From an uncultured bacterium (GTDB lineage: Bacteria > JAJVIF01 > JAPKYR01): DNA of 32,439 nucleotides. The position numbers and the translations under genes were made by a program. The notes under the pieces were generated by a model. The model did no database searches. It was not told the DNA's origin and saw only the letters and a list, made by a program, of their open reading frames with translations. Location of the stretch: the NCBI GenBank assembly GCA_965369865.1, contig CBDURU010000028.1:1-32439 (forward strand). Reading direction: 5' to 3'. This document shows positions 8,864 to 18,465 of this stretch, piece after piece; the first letter of the stretch is position 1, and each line of letters opens with the position of its first letter.

Positions 8864-9035
8864 ATAGGGGAAATCCTTACTTCAAACCATTTGAGGAAAT
8901 TATATTTTGGACACGAGTGATAAATACTATAAAAAAAATTTAACTTTGATATAATATAAATTTATATATATCGCTGGATAGAGCATAACGCACTCATGTC
9001 AGTGCGACAAATTCGCGTGAATAAGGAGCAGGAAA

Positions 9036-12000
9036 ATGCCTTCAAAACTAATCGCTACCTTCTATGCATTTTTAATACTGGCATTTATTGTGTCGGGCTG
9101 CAGCGGCAATGCCGCAATGCCATCATCCGAGGAGGACCTTTCACCTAATATTATCAACTCTCAATCTGATAGCCAGGGACGCATGCTGCTTGGATATTAC
9201 AATCTTGTGATTGACACCGAGACAGAGGAAATCGAGATTGTACCCATCAGAAACACCGATATCCACCTCAACCTTACTAACATCATGAATGCGACCATGG
9301 GAATGAAAGTCCAGGTGATTCCCGGGGAGAGCGATTTTCCGACCGGCCTTGTCGTTTTCGATATGACATTGACGCATCCGTTTCCGGCATCGGAAACCCA
9401 GTTCTCCGCGTTCGACATGAGAGGAATAATGATGACGCCGGGATCGATGAATGTGGACGGACTTTTTTTCGCCGACCATGACGAGACCAGGGTTGAAAAT
9501 GCCGACGGATACACGCGCTGGTGGAACCCAACTGAATTTACGACTCCGGGCATATTCGGTTATACCGATGGCATAATCGCTACCGGTACGAGCCTGGAAT
9601 TAACCGCGACCGTGAACCCGTACAAACTCTTCGCGGATATTCTCTACCCGAACAGTAATCTTTCCTGGCCGTCCTATAAACCACTCACCGACCCGGATGG
9701 CCGCGCAATATTCTCAGCCGGAGCCGCTAATACAAGGCGTTACTACATGAGGTTCGAGATGGCACCGACCCCCCAGCTTGTTTTTGGCTATGCTATCGAC
9801 TGCTGCTGGGATATCCCTGTTCCCAACCCGCCAGTTAACGTTCCGTCGGATTTTCCGATGACCGCTAACTGCAACGAACCATGGCGTGTCTCTATGGTAG
9901 CGACCGCCAACAGCCTTTATTACGATAAGGAATCCGGATTCGGCGGGGGGATTTTAAGGTTAAAAATCAATGTCCATGACTGGCAGGGCAGGCATAACGG
10001 CAACACAGTAGCGGAAATTGCGAGTATCAGGCTGATGTCTCCTGATATACTCCCGGTGGTGGAAATACCTCCTGTTTTCATAGGAGAGGACGAGTACAGG
10101 GCAATGTATATATCCCACATGACCTCAACGTTTAACCTCACCCGAAACGGCATTCACCAGGTGATCTGCGAAGTAACATCGTCCGATGGAACCACCTACA
10201 AGCAGGCCGGACAACCGGCACCCGAGGTCCCTGTGTCGGCTTTTAATGTACTGGCGTTCGACGTACCGAATCCCGAATGTTTTGTGGACACGAATAATAC
10301 GTGGGCGGAAGCGGAAGGTGTTGGTCCGGGAGATATCATCAACGGGCAGCTCTGCGTATCAATCGATCCCGAAGATTACTATTTTTTCACAGTACCGCAG
10401 GGATATGAGCCGCATGGTGAGATCAGGTTGTACATCGATCAGACCACGGAACTTACCCTTCACGATTCGGCTCACAACAAGCTCCTGGATTCATGGCCTA
10501 CGATTTTCGGGTACGATTACCTTGCAATTGACTCCATCACGCTCATTCCCGGTGACTACTACATAAAATTGAATAATACGTTTGGTGCGATTCCAGCCCC
10601 ATACCTTCTCGACTGCGATATCGAATATATTAGCGTAATCCCGAATCCTGTAGAAATAACCCCTCCTGTACTCTATGTCGAAGCACAAACGGTCTACCTT
10701 CACGGCAATTACGCGTTTCTTTTCGGTTGGGAGGGATTCTGGGTTTACGATGTGACGGACACCACGCTGCCTGTGCAGGTGTACGCGAATACCGATGTAC
10801 AAACCTATGATACGGCTTTTCATTACCCATACGCTTACTATACAAGGAATGGTGAAACTCCGTTCGATCAGGATATCCACCTGATCGATTTCTCAAATGT
10901 CAACGCTCCGGTTGTACATGGCATGGTTGTCGATTTATCTTACAAAATCGGTTGCATAAAGATGAACTCGACTCATCTGTATACAGGCCAGAGAGGGGAG
11001 TTGCCCAATCAACTTATCGCTTATGAATACATATCGAGTCCCGCGACACCGACACAGGTTGGTGTAAAGGATATTGGCACCAATTCATTGTGGCATATGA
11101 GCCTCATGGATCCGGAAGGACCGGTTACCAGGGTTGTTCTGGCAGCGGACCACGATCTTTACTCCATTGGTGTTGAGAATCCCGGAACAATGACCACCGA
11201 CGGTACTTTTACAATACCTTTTGGCATGAATCACTCGCTTGTGGTCGGCGGGTCATATGTGTACGTGGGGAACGACAAAGATTACATGGGAGACGGCTGG
11301 CTGGGTGTGTACGAACAGACACCGGGCGGACTGGTTGAACTCGGATGGGGTGACATCCTGGGCGTCCCGGATCACCTGGCTGTTGCAGGGAATTATGTAT
11401 ATGCAGGCAGCAGGCAGGCTGGGATCCAGACAATCAATATCGTAATACCTTCGACTCCTGTCTCCGTTGATACAGATGTTCTCGTAGACTGGGGAGGCGA
11501 TATCGATATCCTCGGAGACACCCTTGCCACCACTCCGTCGGCTGCCGGCATGCACCTGTTTAACCTGGCAAATCCCGCGAACCCGATAATGATGACCCGA
11601 CTGCTTACGGTTAACAACCCACAAAGTATAGCAAGTGTCGGAGATTACGTATATGTTGTTCAGAATTACCAGGACTATGGTGAGATCGTCCTGCTCAATA
11701 TTTCTGATATGAACAACATACACGGCCAGGCGGCTTATACCATTACTACCCGACTGTACGATATTTTCAAGTACAATAATATACTGATTACATGCGGTCA
11801 GCGCGAGTTCCTGTTATGGAACTGCAGTACACCACCATCTATTTTATTATACGGCCTCACTTCTACAGGCCCGGCAGATAGAATCAGGTCGGCCGTCGCG
11901 ACAAAAAATACTCTCATACTTGGAATGTCAATTGATGCAAGTCCCAATGGGAGATTAACGACATACAATATTACAAATCCTGCAAGCCCTGTTTTTGGAT

Positions 12001-12488
12001 CCAGCCAGGTCACGGCGGATGAAATTGAGAACCTTTCGGTATACGGAAATTATCTGTATGCCTCTATAGACCAGACAATGCAGGTTTTTTCGATCGTCGA
12101 TCCGATCAACCCGGTAGCGGGTGCTTCATACCTTGCGGTTGAGGAGATCATGGAACTCGAGAATAATAACCTGAATTTATTCGTCGGGATGAACAACAGT
12201 ATGGATATCTTCAGCCTGGCCGCTCCCGCTACCCCATCCTATGTTAATACTCTGTCGTATGCACCGGGCGAATATCTCACGGAGTTTATTATTGACGGCC
12301 AGTTCGCTTATCTCCAGGGCCGATACAAACCACTGTATTACGCTTTCCTGTATCCCAGCGACAGTGTTTTGATGGGTGAATCAATTCTGGAGCCCAATGG
12401 GTACTGGCTCTATGATTCTGAAATTTATGATGATTATTACTGGGAAGTGAACGGATCAACAGGTTTGAGAATTCTGGATCTGTATTGA
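9036..12488 (+). CDS. Large surface lipoprotein with LVIVD-type beta-propeller repeats (paralog 1)
   Basis: AAGGAG RBS and lipobox VSGC. N-terminal domain with DGYTRWWNPTEF, a PPC-like segment (DPEDYYFF), and C-terminal 'GNYxYx...GxxxxDISNPxxP' repeats. Confidence 0.85.
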   Translation: MPSKLIATFYAFLILAFIVSGCSGNAAMPSSEEDLSPNIINSQSDSQGRMLLGYYNLVIDTETEEIEIVPIRNTDIHLNLTNIMNATMGMKVQVIPGESDFPTGLVVFDMTLTHPFPASETQFSAFDMRGIMMTPGSMNVDGLFFADHDETRVENADGYTRWWNPTEFTTPGIFGYTDGIIATGTSLELTATVNPYKLFADILYPNSNLSWPSYKPLTDPDGRAIFSAGAANTRRYYMRFEMAPTPQLVFGYAIDCCWDIPVPNPPVNVPSDFPMTANCNEPWRVSMVATANSLYYDKESGFGGGILRLKINVHDWQGRHNGNTVAEIASIRLMSPDILPVVEIPPVFIGEDEYRAMYISHMTSTFNLTRNGIHQVICEVTSSDGTTYKQAGQPAPEVPVSAFNVLAFDVPNPECFVDTNNTWAEAEGVGPGDIINGQLCVSIDPEDYYFFTVPQGYEPHGEIRLYIDQTTELTLHDSAHNKLLDSWPTIFGYDYLAIDSITLIPGDYYIKLNNTFGAIPAPYLLDCDIEYISVIPNPVEITPPVLYVEAQTVYLHGNYAFLFGWEGFWVYDVTDTTLPVQVYANTDVQTYDTAFHYPYAYYTRNGETPFDQDIHLIDFSNVNAPVVHGMVVDLSYKIGCIKMNSTHLYTGQRGELPNQLIAYEYISSPATPTQVGVKDIGTNSLWHMSLMDPEGPVTRVVLAADHDLYSIGVENPGTMTTDGTFTIPFGMNHSLVVGGSYVYVGNDKDYMGDGWLGVYEQTPGGLVELGWGDILGVPDHLAVAGNYVYAGSRQAGIQTINIVIPSTPVSVDTDVLVDWGGDIDILGDTLATTPSAAGMHLFNLANPANPIMMTRLLTVNNPQSIASVGDYVYVVQNYQDYGEIVLLNISDMNNIHGQAAYTITTRLYDIFKYNNILITCGQREFLLWNCSTPPSILLYGLTSTGPADRIRSAVATKNTLILGMSIDASPNGRLTTYNITNPASPVFGSSQVTADEIENLSVYGNYLYASIDQTMQVFSIVDPINPVAGASYLAVEEIMELENNNLNLFVGMNNSMDIFSLAAPATPSYVNTLSYAPGEYLTEFIIDGQFAYLQGRYKPLYYAFLYPSDSVLMGESILEPNGYWLYDSEIYDDYYWEVNGSTGLRILDLY

Positions 12489-12573
12489 TTTATCACCGGT
12501 CAGGTTTTTATAACCAAAATCGAATTAGGAATAATTAAATTATAAATCCGATACTGCCAAAGAGAGGATAAAA

Positions 12574-15500
12574 TTGCTTAGAAAATATTTCCTGCTAACT
12601 TTGATGTCCCTTAGCGTGATCGCCATTCAGGTTTCCTGTAACAGCAATCCCGCATTCCCGGGCAAACCGGGGGACACCGGTGAAAACTCCACGTCCGATA
12701 TCACGGTTTCCTCACGCAACCTGATCGGTTCAGGATCGATGGTTTTCAACAAGGAAACCGGTGAAGCGGAGATCGTTCCTTCCCGGACAGGCGACGTACA
12801 TGTCAACATCACAGGATTAATAAATAACACGATGGGTTTGTCGCTTGTATCTGTCCCTGCGGAATCCGATCCACTCAACGGTCTGTTCGTACTGGACATG
12901 ATGATCGCCCACCCATTACCCGGAAAGACGCAGTTCTCGATATTCGATGTAAAGTTCATTCTCATGACACCGGGAACGCTGGCGATTCCGCCACTGATTT
13001 TCGCAGACATCGATGAAACAAGGCTTCTGCACCCCGATGGATACACTAGATGGTGGAATCCGACCGAATTTACCACTCCCGGCGCACTCGGTTATATAGA
13101 AGGGGTAATTGCAAATGCCACTCCGGCAGAGCTGACTGCAACCGTAAATCCGTATAAGCAATTCGCAGATATCCTCATGTACAACAGCTCACTCGGTCCG
13201 ATGATCAATGAGCCTTTCGACAGCGACCTCGGGCGCGGGGTATTTCGCGATAGCAGCACCAATACTCGAAGGATGTATTTTCAGTTCCCGACCACCCCTG
13301 CTCTCACGGTCAAGATCGGCTATGCAATCGACTGCTCATGGGATTTCCCGGATCCGATTCCGCCTGGTGAGATCCCGGACGATTTTCCGATCGAAGCAAA
13401 CCAGCCTGAGCCGTATCATATTTTTATCCAACCATATGTCAACACATTGAACTACGATACCGATACTGGGATCGGTGGTGGAATTCTGAAATTAAGAATC
13501 AACGTTAGTGATTGGCAGGGTCAGGCAACAGGAAATATCGCGGATGAGATTAACACGGTGCGAGTTTTCTGCCCTGATCTGTTTACCGGAGGAATTAGCG
13601 CTGTATTTCTTGAAGAAACAGCCACCAAGGCAAGTTATCTTGTCGACCTGGCAGGACTTACAACGGTTACGGAAGCAGGTGAAGTGCTGCTGGTCGTTCG
13701 GGTAGAATCATCGGACGGTTCCACCTACGTACAGGGAGCAGCGGACGGTCCCGACGCTCCTTTATCCTCATACCATGCCACGCCAATTGTCATCCTGGAT
13801 CTGGAATGTTATGCCGATAACAACAATGATTTTTCTGAAGCATATACCATCGGTTCATATGGTTTGACAACGGACAAAGTCTGTTACCCCGACGACGAAT
13901 TTGATTATTATTATTTCGATACAGCACCAGGATTCGATCGTAATGGCGAGATAAGGTTAACCGCCGATCACCTTGCTACACTAGGCTTTTACGATGGCTC
14001 CGGACACCTTTTAGCAATGACCGATACAAGCAGTGGGACGGGGATTATTGTCCTTGACGACCTGCCGCTTATGCCTGAGGTGCTTTACATTGAGATTAGC
14101 ACGCAGGTCAGCACGCAGGTGGTTCCATACTTACTTGAAATTTACACAACGGCGACAAAGGTCACACCCGATATCCCATCGCTTGAAATAACGCCGGAAA
14201 ATCTGTTCGCCAAGGCTGACAGGGTCTACCGCACGCATACACATACGATCCTGACAAGCTGGATGGGTTGCTGGGTCTATGATATCCATGATTACACTTA
14301 TGAACCGGAAATGGTGTTCGACTCAAGGTGGGACATCGGCACAGATGGCAATATTTTCGGCAGCAGGCTGTATTTCATGGAGAACACCATCCCGGCCGGG
14401 GCAGTAATTGACCTGATTGATTTTTCAGACCCGGCGAATCCTGTGCTGTATGAATCTGTGTACTCAGGCATAATCGGGATGAAGGGAATCGCGCTGACCC
14501 AGACCCACATGTTTGTTGGCGCCCCCCAGGTCATTGGAACAGATGTGACAATCTTCCAGTACAGCGGACAGCCGCATATGCCTGTCGAAGTAGCATCGAT
14601 CGATCATGCGAACCAGCCCGAAAAGCTCGATATCATGTATTCGAGTGGGAAAACCATTTTAATTGTCGGCGGGAGTAATAAAATTATCGCCTTTGATGTT
14701 ACCGATCTCGAAGCGATAACCGAGGTGGGATCGTACGACCGTCCGCCAGGAGTTTTTACGGATATGTACGCTTCGTTTCTTAATGTAATCTTCACTATTT
14801 ATAACACGTCCACCAATAAAGGCTATTTATATATCCTTGAATATACCGGTTTCGACCTCGTAGAAGCGGGCATGATAGAACTTCCCGGCGAAGCGGAGAG
14901 TGTACAGACCTGGTCGCAGAATGCGTTTATCGGCGATGGCCCTGAAGGTTTAACAATCTGCGATTATTCGGATCCCGCCGATATCCAGATCGATTCGACA
15001 ACATACCTTGGCGCCGACGCCATGGATTTATCGATACTCGGGGACATACTCAACATAATTCCTGTAAACTCCCCAATGCAGGTCTTTGACGTCGGTAACA
15101 CAACCAATCCGCAGTTCAAATCGGAGCTTCCCGTAGTAAATAACCCGCGAAAGGCTCTCGTGAAGGATGACTACTTACTCATCCATGACTGGTCCGGTTA
15201 TACGCACACTATAAAGACTGTCGATATTTCCGATCCTCTGAATGCATTTCTTGCCGGCAAGTTCCCACTGTCAGACTGGATGAGGACCATGGCAATCGAG
15301 GGAGATATCATGGTGGCGTGCAAATCGTACGGGTTCCAGATTCTGAATGCATCCGATCCGGCAAATTTATTCGAGCTGTATTCCGGATCATATTCAACAA
15401 TTCCAGTCGCATCGAGTATTCACGGTAATACGCTGTATATCACCTACGATGCAGCGAAGGTGTTGATTTACGATATTACAAATCCATCATCCCCATCCTA

Positions 15501-16005
15501 CATGGCAAATTACGATTTACAGAATAAAGCAACCGGGTTCGCCTACAGCGGTATATACATGTATTTATCCACTGGTTCAGGTGTCGATACTTACAACATT
15601 TCAAACCCGCTCGCGCCTGTGTTTATGTCGCATTATTCAACGACCGAAGTTGTGAAGGAGATGGTTGCCCAGGGCCATAAGCTTTATCTGGCCACAACCA
15701 CCAGGCTTGAAGTTGTAGACATAAGCAGTCCGGGATTTCCAAACTATGCCGGGGCGGTTGTGGTGAATCCGACTATTGATATTACACAGCTCGTGGTGGA
15801 TGGCCAGTACGCGTATGTCCAGGGCAATACATCGGCGGCATATGCGATAGCGGTATTCCCGTACGACAGTCCGAGTGTGGTTGGGGTGTTATATGACCCG
15901 TATTTCCTGTCGTTTACGCCGATCACTACTGAGCTGGTATTGAAGGACGGGATACTCTACGATATGAATCAGATAACAGGAATCAGGGCGTTCGATCTGT
16001 ATTGA
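12574..16005 (+). CDS. Large surface lipoprotein with LVIVD-type beta-propeller repeats (paralog 2)
   Basis: TTG start after GAGG and a lipobox-like QVSC. Colinear with paralog 1 throughout (DGYTRWWNPTEFTTPG, ELTATVNPYK, terminal DLY). Confidence 0.85.
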   Translation: MLRKYFLLTLMSLSVIAIQVSCNSNPAFPGKPGDTGENSTSDITVSSRNLIGSGSMVFNKETGEAEIVPSRTGDVHVNITGLINNTMGLSLVSVPAESDPLNGLFVLDMMIAHPLPGKTQFSIFDVKFILMTPGTLAIPPLIFADIDETRLLHPDGYTRWWNPTEFTTPGALGYIEGVIANATPAELTATVNPYKQFADILMYNSSLGPMINEPFDSDLGRGVFRDSSTNTRRMYFQFPTTPALTVKIGYAIDCSWDFPDPIPPGEIPDDFPIEANQPEPYHIFIQPYVNTLNYDTDTGIGGGILKLRINVSDWQGQATGNIADEINTVRVFCPDLFTGGISAVFLEETATKASYLVDLAGLTTVTEAGEVLLVVRVESSDGSTYVQGAADGPDAPLSSYHATPIVILDLECYADNNNDFSEAYTIGSYGLTTDKVCYPDDEFDYYYFDTAPGFDRNGEIRLTADHLATLGFYDGSGHLLAMTDTSSGTGIIVLDDLPLMPEVLYIEISTQVSTQVVPYLLEIYTTATKVTPDIPSLEITPENLFAKADRVYRTHTHTILTSWMGCWVYDIHDYTYEPEMVFDSRWDIGTDGNIFGSRLYFMENTIPAGAVIDLIDFSDPANPVLYESVYSGIIGMKGIALTQTHMFVGAPQVIGTDVTIFQYSGQPHMPVEVASIDHANQPEKLDIMYSSGKTILIVGGSNKIIAFDVTDLEAITEVGSYDRPPGVFTDMYASFLNVIFTIYNTSTNKGYLYILEYTGFDLVEAGMIELPGEAESVQTWSQNAFIGDGPEGLTICDYSDPADIQIDSTTYLGADAMDLSILGDILNIIPVNSPMQVFDVGNTTNPQFKSELPVVNNPRKALVKDDYLLIHDWSGYTHTIKTVDISDPLNAFLAGKFPLSDWMRTMAIEGDIMVACKSYGFQILNASDPANLFELYSGSYSTIPVASSIHGNTLYITYDAAKVLIYDITNPSSPSYMANYDLQNKATGFAYSGIYMYLSTGSGVDTYNISNPLAPVFMSHYSTTEVVKEMVAQGHKLYLATTTRLEVVDISSPGFPNYAGAVVVNPTIDITQLVVDGQYAYVQGNTSAAYAIAVFPYDSPSVVGVLYDPYFLSFTPITTELVLKDGILYDMNQITGIRAFDLY

Positions 16006-16102
16006 GTTCTATTGGATATTTTGCGCACTCTGTTATCCAGATCAGACAATTTAATCAGAGGCGCGACCGTCAGGGAGTGCGTTACATTTGGATGGGCTTA
16101 GC

Positions 16103-16130
16103 AAAAAACCCCGCCATGGCAGACGGGGTT
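16103..16130 (-). terminator. Rho-independent terminator of the minus-strand 8-gene operon
   Basis: On the minus strand the stem is AACCCCGTC/GGCGGGGTT (one G-U pair), with a 6-nt loop followed by a T-run, 60 nt after the last stop codon. Confidence 0.7.
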
Positions 16131-16190
16131 AATTAATTCCCAGGATTTATAAAACCGGTTTGATACTACCTTTAACAATCCGGCGTTGGT

Positions 16191-16874
16191 TTAAGGTCCG
16201 GCACCTCCGACCAACGTGTTCCACGCCAGTGGCACATCCTGCAGCAGGAACTGTACACGTCCGATAAACAGGCTGACACGAGCCATGACCGTATATCCAA
16301 ACGATGCACCGAATGCAATCATGATGAACCAGATACCGATGTTCCCAAGTTGTCCGACCACTCCCTTATGCTCAATTGAGAAATAGAAGTAGAAGAGGAC
16401 AGCGATAACAGCGATGAAAATAACCCACAGGCCGAAATTAGCAAGTGCGACCTCGCCAGTGCTCATTCCCGTTGTGTCCTGTACCCAGAGCACAGTGATG
16501 GTTGAATGAAGCTGCTCCATGATATTTGCACTCAGAATTGCGGGAATTGCGAGACCGGCACTACTACCGATTGTGAAAGCCATAGGAGTACGGCTCAGCC
16601 ACCCAACCTGCCGTATGAATCGGGCAAGCATGAGTAAACCCAGTATCATCGGAATTATTATCACGAAATCGTGCTGTCGGAAAAGCGGGTTGTAAAATTC
16701 AGGCAACAGCACGTTCCACCACATGAGGTTGAGCATGTATCCAACTGAAATACCGACATACAGATGTTCACCGAATTTATAGAAAAAGTTATCCTTGTAG
16801 AGGAAAGAGAACATCATTAACGTTAACGCGGCACCTATAAATATTCCTATAGATTGTGCAATTGTCAGTACCAT
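16191..16874 (-). CDS. Polytopic membrane protein of unknown function (about 6 TM), GlmL-associated operon
   Basis: Very hydrophobic, with 'SFLYKDNFFYKFGEHLYVG' and 'FGASFGYTVMARVSL'. Starts 1 nt after the upstream stop codon. Confidence 0.8.
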   Translation of the reverse strand: MVLTIAQSIGIFIGAALTLMMFSFLYKDNFFYKFGEHLYVGISVGYMLNLMWWNVLLPEFYNPLFRQHDFVIIIPMILGLLMLARFIRQVGWLSRTPMAFTIGSSAGLAIPAILSANIMEQLHSTITVLWVQDTTGMSTGEVALANFGLWVIFIAVIAVLFYFYFSIEHKGVVGQLGNIGIWFIMIAFGASFGYTVMARVSLFIGRVQFLLQDVPLAWNTLVGGAGP

Positions 16875-16875
16875 T

Positions 16876-17739
16876 TTATCTCCCCCTCTTTTTAGTAATA
16901 AAGAACAAGATATTGGAAATTACAACAAAAAATATTATTAGCACGTGCACAGATGACTGTGCTGTCATACCGGCAAGTGCTTTGCCGGGATGTCCTGAAA
17001 GCTGTTCATATTCTGCGGCACCCTTCAATCCACCCATCAGGCCGTTAATCTGGCCCGTGTTCAGGAATGGATAATACTGTGTCGCGGATACCGCCGTACA
17101 TCCGGCGCCCATCAGAAAGTGATACCTCTGGACCCCGTAAGCGACCCACCAGTCGATTGTTGATCCGGCGGCAAGATCGATTACATAAGCCAGGTCAGTC
17201 AGGGTATCAATGCCTTCCATAATGGGCATATTGTTGGTTGAGTTTCCTCTGAAATCCGATGGGAATGTATTCTGGAGATTAATTCCAGCCTGAATAATGT
17301 TGTACGCACCGCCAACTTTGTACCCATAATTTATATAATCAACGCCAGATTCGATGTCGTAGATTGGAAGGTTCGTTTCAGGATCGATATCCGCCTCAAC
17401 ATCATCAAAAGCACGCCCAATTAAAGCGGCGCCATTTGGCCACATCGTCCACGAAAGTATCTTCAGTTTGCGGTCAAAACAATGTCGATACAGCGCTAAT
17501 GTCATGGGATATAATTCAGCCTCACTTGCTGGATCATAATCACACACGATCATAACAACCGATCCTTCGGGCAGACCTTCAATCGTGTCATATATGGATT
17601 TGACGGCCGGACTTGTATCCACTGGAAGTGAAACGCCAATGGCTACAGGAATGATAACCGACAGCGCTACTAAAATGAAAATCCAGCGTCTGTCCAGTTG
17701 CTGAGCAACGTCCATCCAGTTCTTTTTCTCGTTCATCAT
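16876..17739 (-). CDS. Membrane-anchored protein (N- and C-terminal TM, central alpha/beta domain), GlmL-associated operon
   Basis: Hydrophobic ends, with 'DYDPASEAELYPM', 'DYINYGYK' and 'GLMGGLKGAAEYE'. The start overlaps the upstream stop (ATGA). Confidence 0.8.
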   Translation of the reverse strand: MMNEKKNWMDVAQQLDRRWIFILVALSVIIPVAIGVSLPVDTSPAVKSIYDTIEGLPEGSVVMIVCDYDPASEAELYPMTLALYRHCFDRKLKILSWTMWPNGAALIGRAFDDVEADIDPETNLPIYDIESGVDYINYGYKVGGAYNIIQAGINLQNTFPSDFRGNSTNNMPIMEGIDTLTDLAYVIDLAAGSTIDWWVAYGVQRYHFLMGAGCTAVSATQYYPFLNTGQINGLMGGLKGAAEYEQLSGHPGKALAGMTAQSSVHVLIIFFVVISNILFFITKKRGR

Positions 17740-18452
17740 TCAGCACTCCCTCCCATGTAAGTTCTTTCAATACCAAAGATAATGCGAAGCGATGTAGCGA
17801 TCGCTCCAAGTCCAATTCCGATCATGATACCGCGTTGCGCAGCCATGTTGGGATAGTTCAGTATCCATTCAGTCAACCATGGAAGCAGGGCGACTTCGCC
17901 GTCAAAAGGACCCCATGGTATTAACATTGTTCCGATTGGAACCCTGCCGAGCATAATGATAATAGCTGTTATCAGGAGAACTGTCGCTTCCCTGGTTCTT
18001 GCCCTGAATGCCCGGTAAGCCGCGGACGAGATATAGAATGCAAGGATAGAGAACATAGTTGCCTGCATCGGCGCAAACATGTAGGAATACATCCACATGA
18101 ATGGCGCCTGCTTCTGTATCTGGTATGGAGTCCCATCCGCCATGACCAGCTGGGTGGGATCGGGATTGGACATGCCCCACTTGAGCCCGACGAATGCCAT
18201 CACTACAAAACCAACATAGACAACTACTGAGAATCCCCAGCCTTCCACTTTTCTCCGGAGTTTGTGGTAATGATGGTTCAGGAGTGAGTAGATACCAAGA
18301 AACATGGTAAAACCTGCGATGATCCTGTTCCACTGGGCAATATCCTCAATGAAATTGTTCGACATCCTGGTTGGGATGTAAAATGTAATGAACATTATTA
18401 CACCCATAAGGAAGGCGATCGCGATAGGTAAATGTTTTTTTAATATTTGCAT
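17736..18452 (-). CDS. Polytopic membrane protein of unknown function (about 6 TM), GlmL-associated operon
   Basis: Start moved to MQILKK (ATG at 18452, after GAAGGTGG). Contains 'AFYISSAAYRAFRAR' and 'AAQRGIMIGIGLG'. Confidence 0.8.
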   Translation of the reverse strand: MQILKKHLPIAIAFLMGVIMFITFYIPTRMSNNFIEDIAQWNRIIAGFTMFLGIYSLLNHHYHKLRRKVEGWGFSVVVYVGFVVMAFVGLKWGMSNPDPTQLVMADGTPYQIQKQAPFMWMYSYMFAPMQATMFSILAFYISSAAYRAFRARTREATVLLITAIIIMLGRVPIGTMLIPWGPFDGEVALLPWLTEWILNYPNMAAQRGIMIGIGLGAIATSLRIIFGIERTYMGGSAE

Positions 18453-18465
18453 AATGTGCCACCTT

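Noticed and set aside
12440..16005. Diversity-generating retroelement acting on the LVIVD gene ends
   Set aside because: The genes share only a short terminal match (GATCTGTATTGA). There is no reverse transcriptase and no template/variable repeat pair with adenine-specific mismatches.
16058..16082. GAGGCGCGACCGTCAGGGAGTGCG, reminiscent of another REP-like motif
   Set aside because: It is a single imperfect copy in the window and cannot be supported as a repeat.
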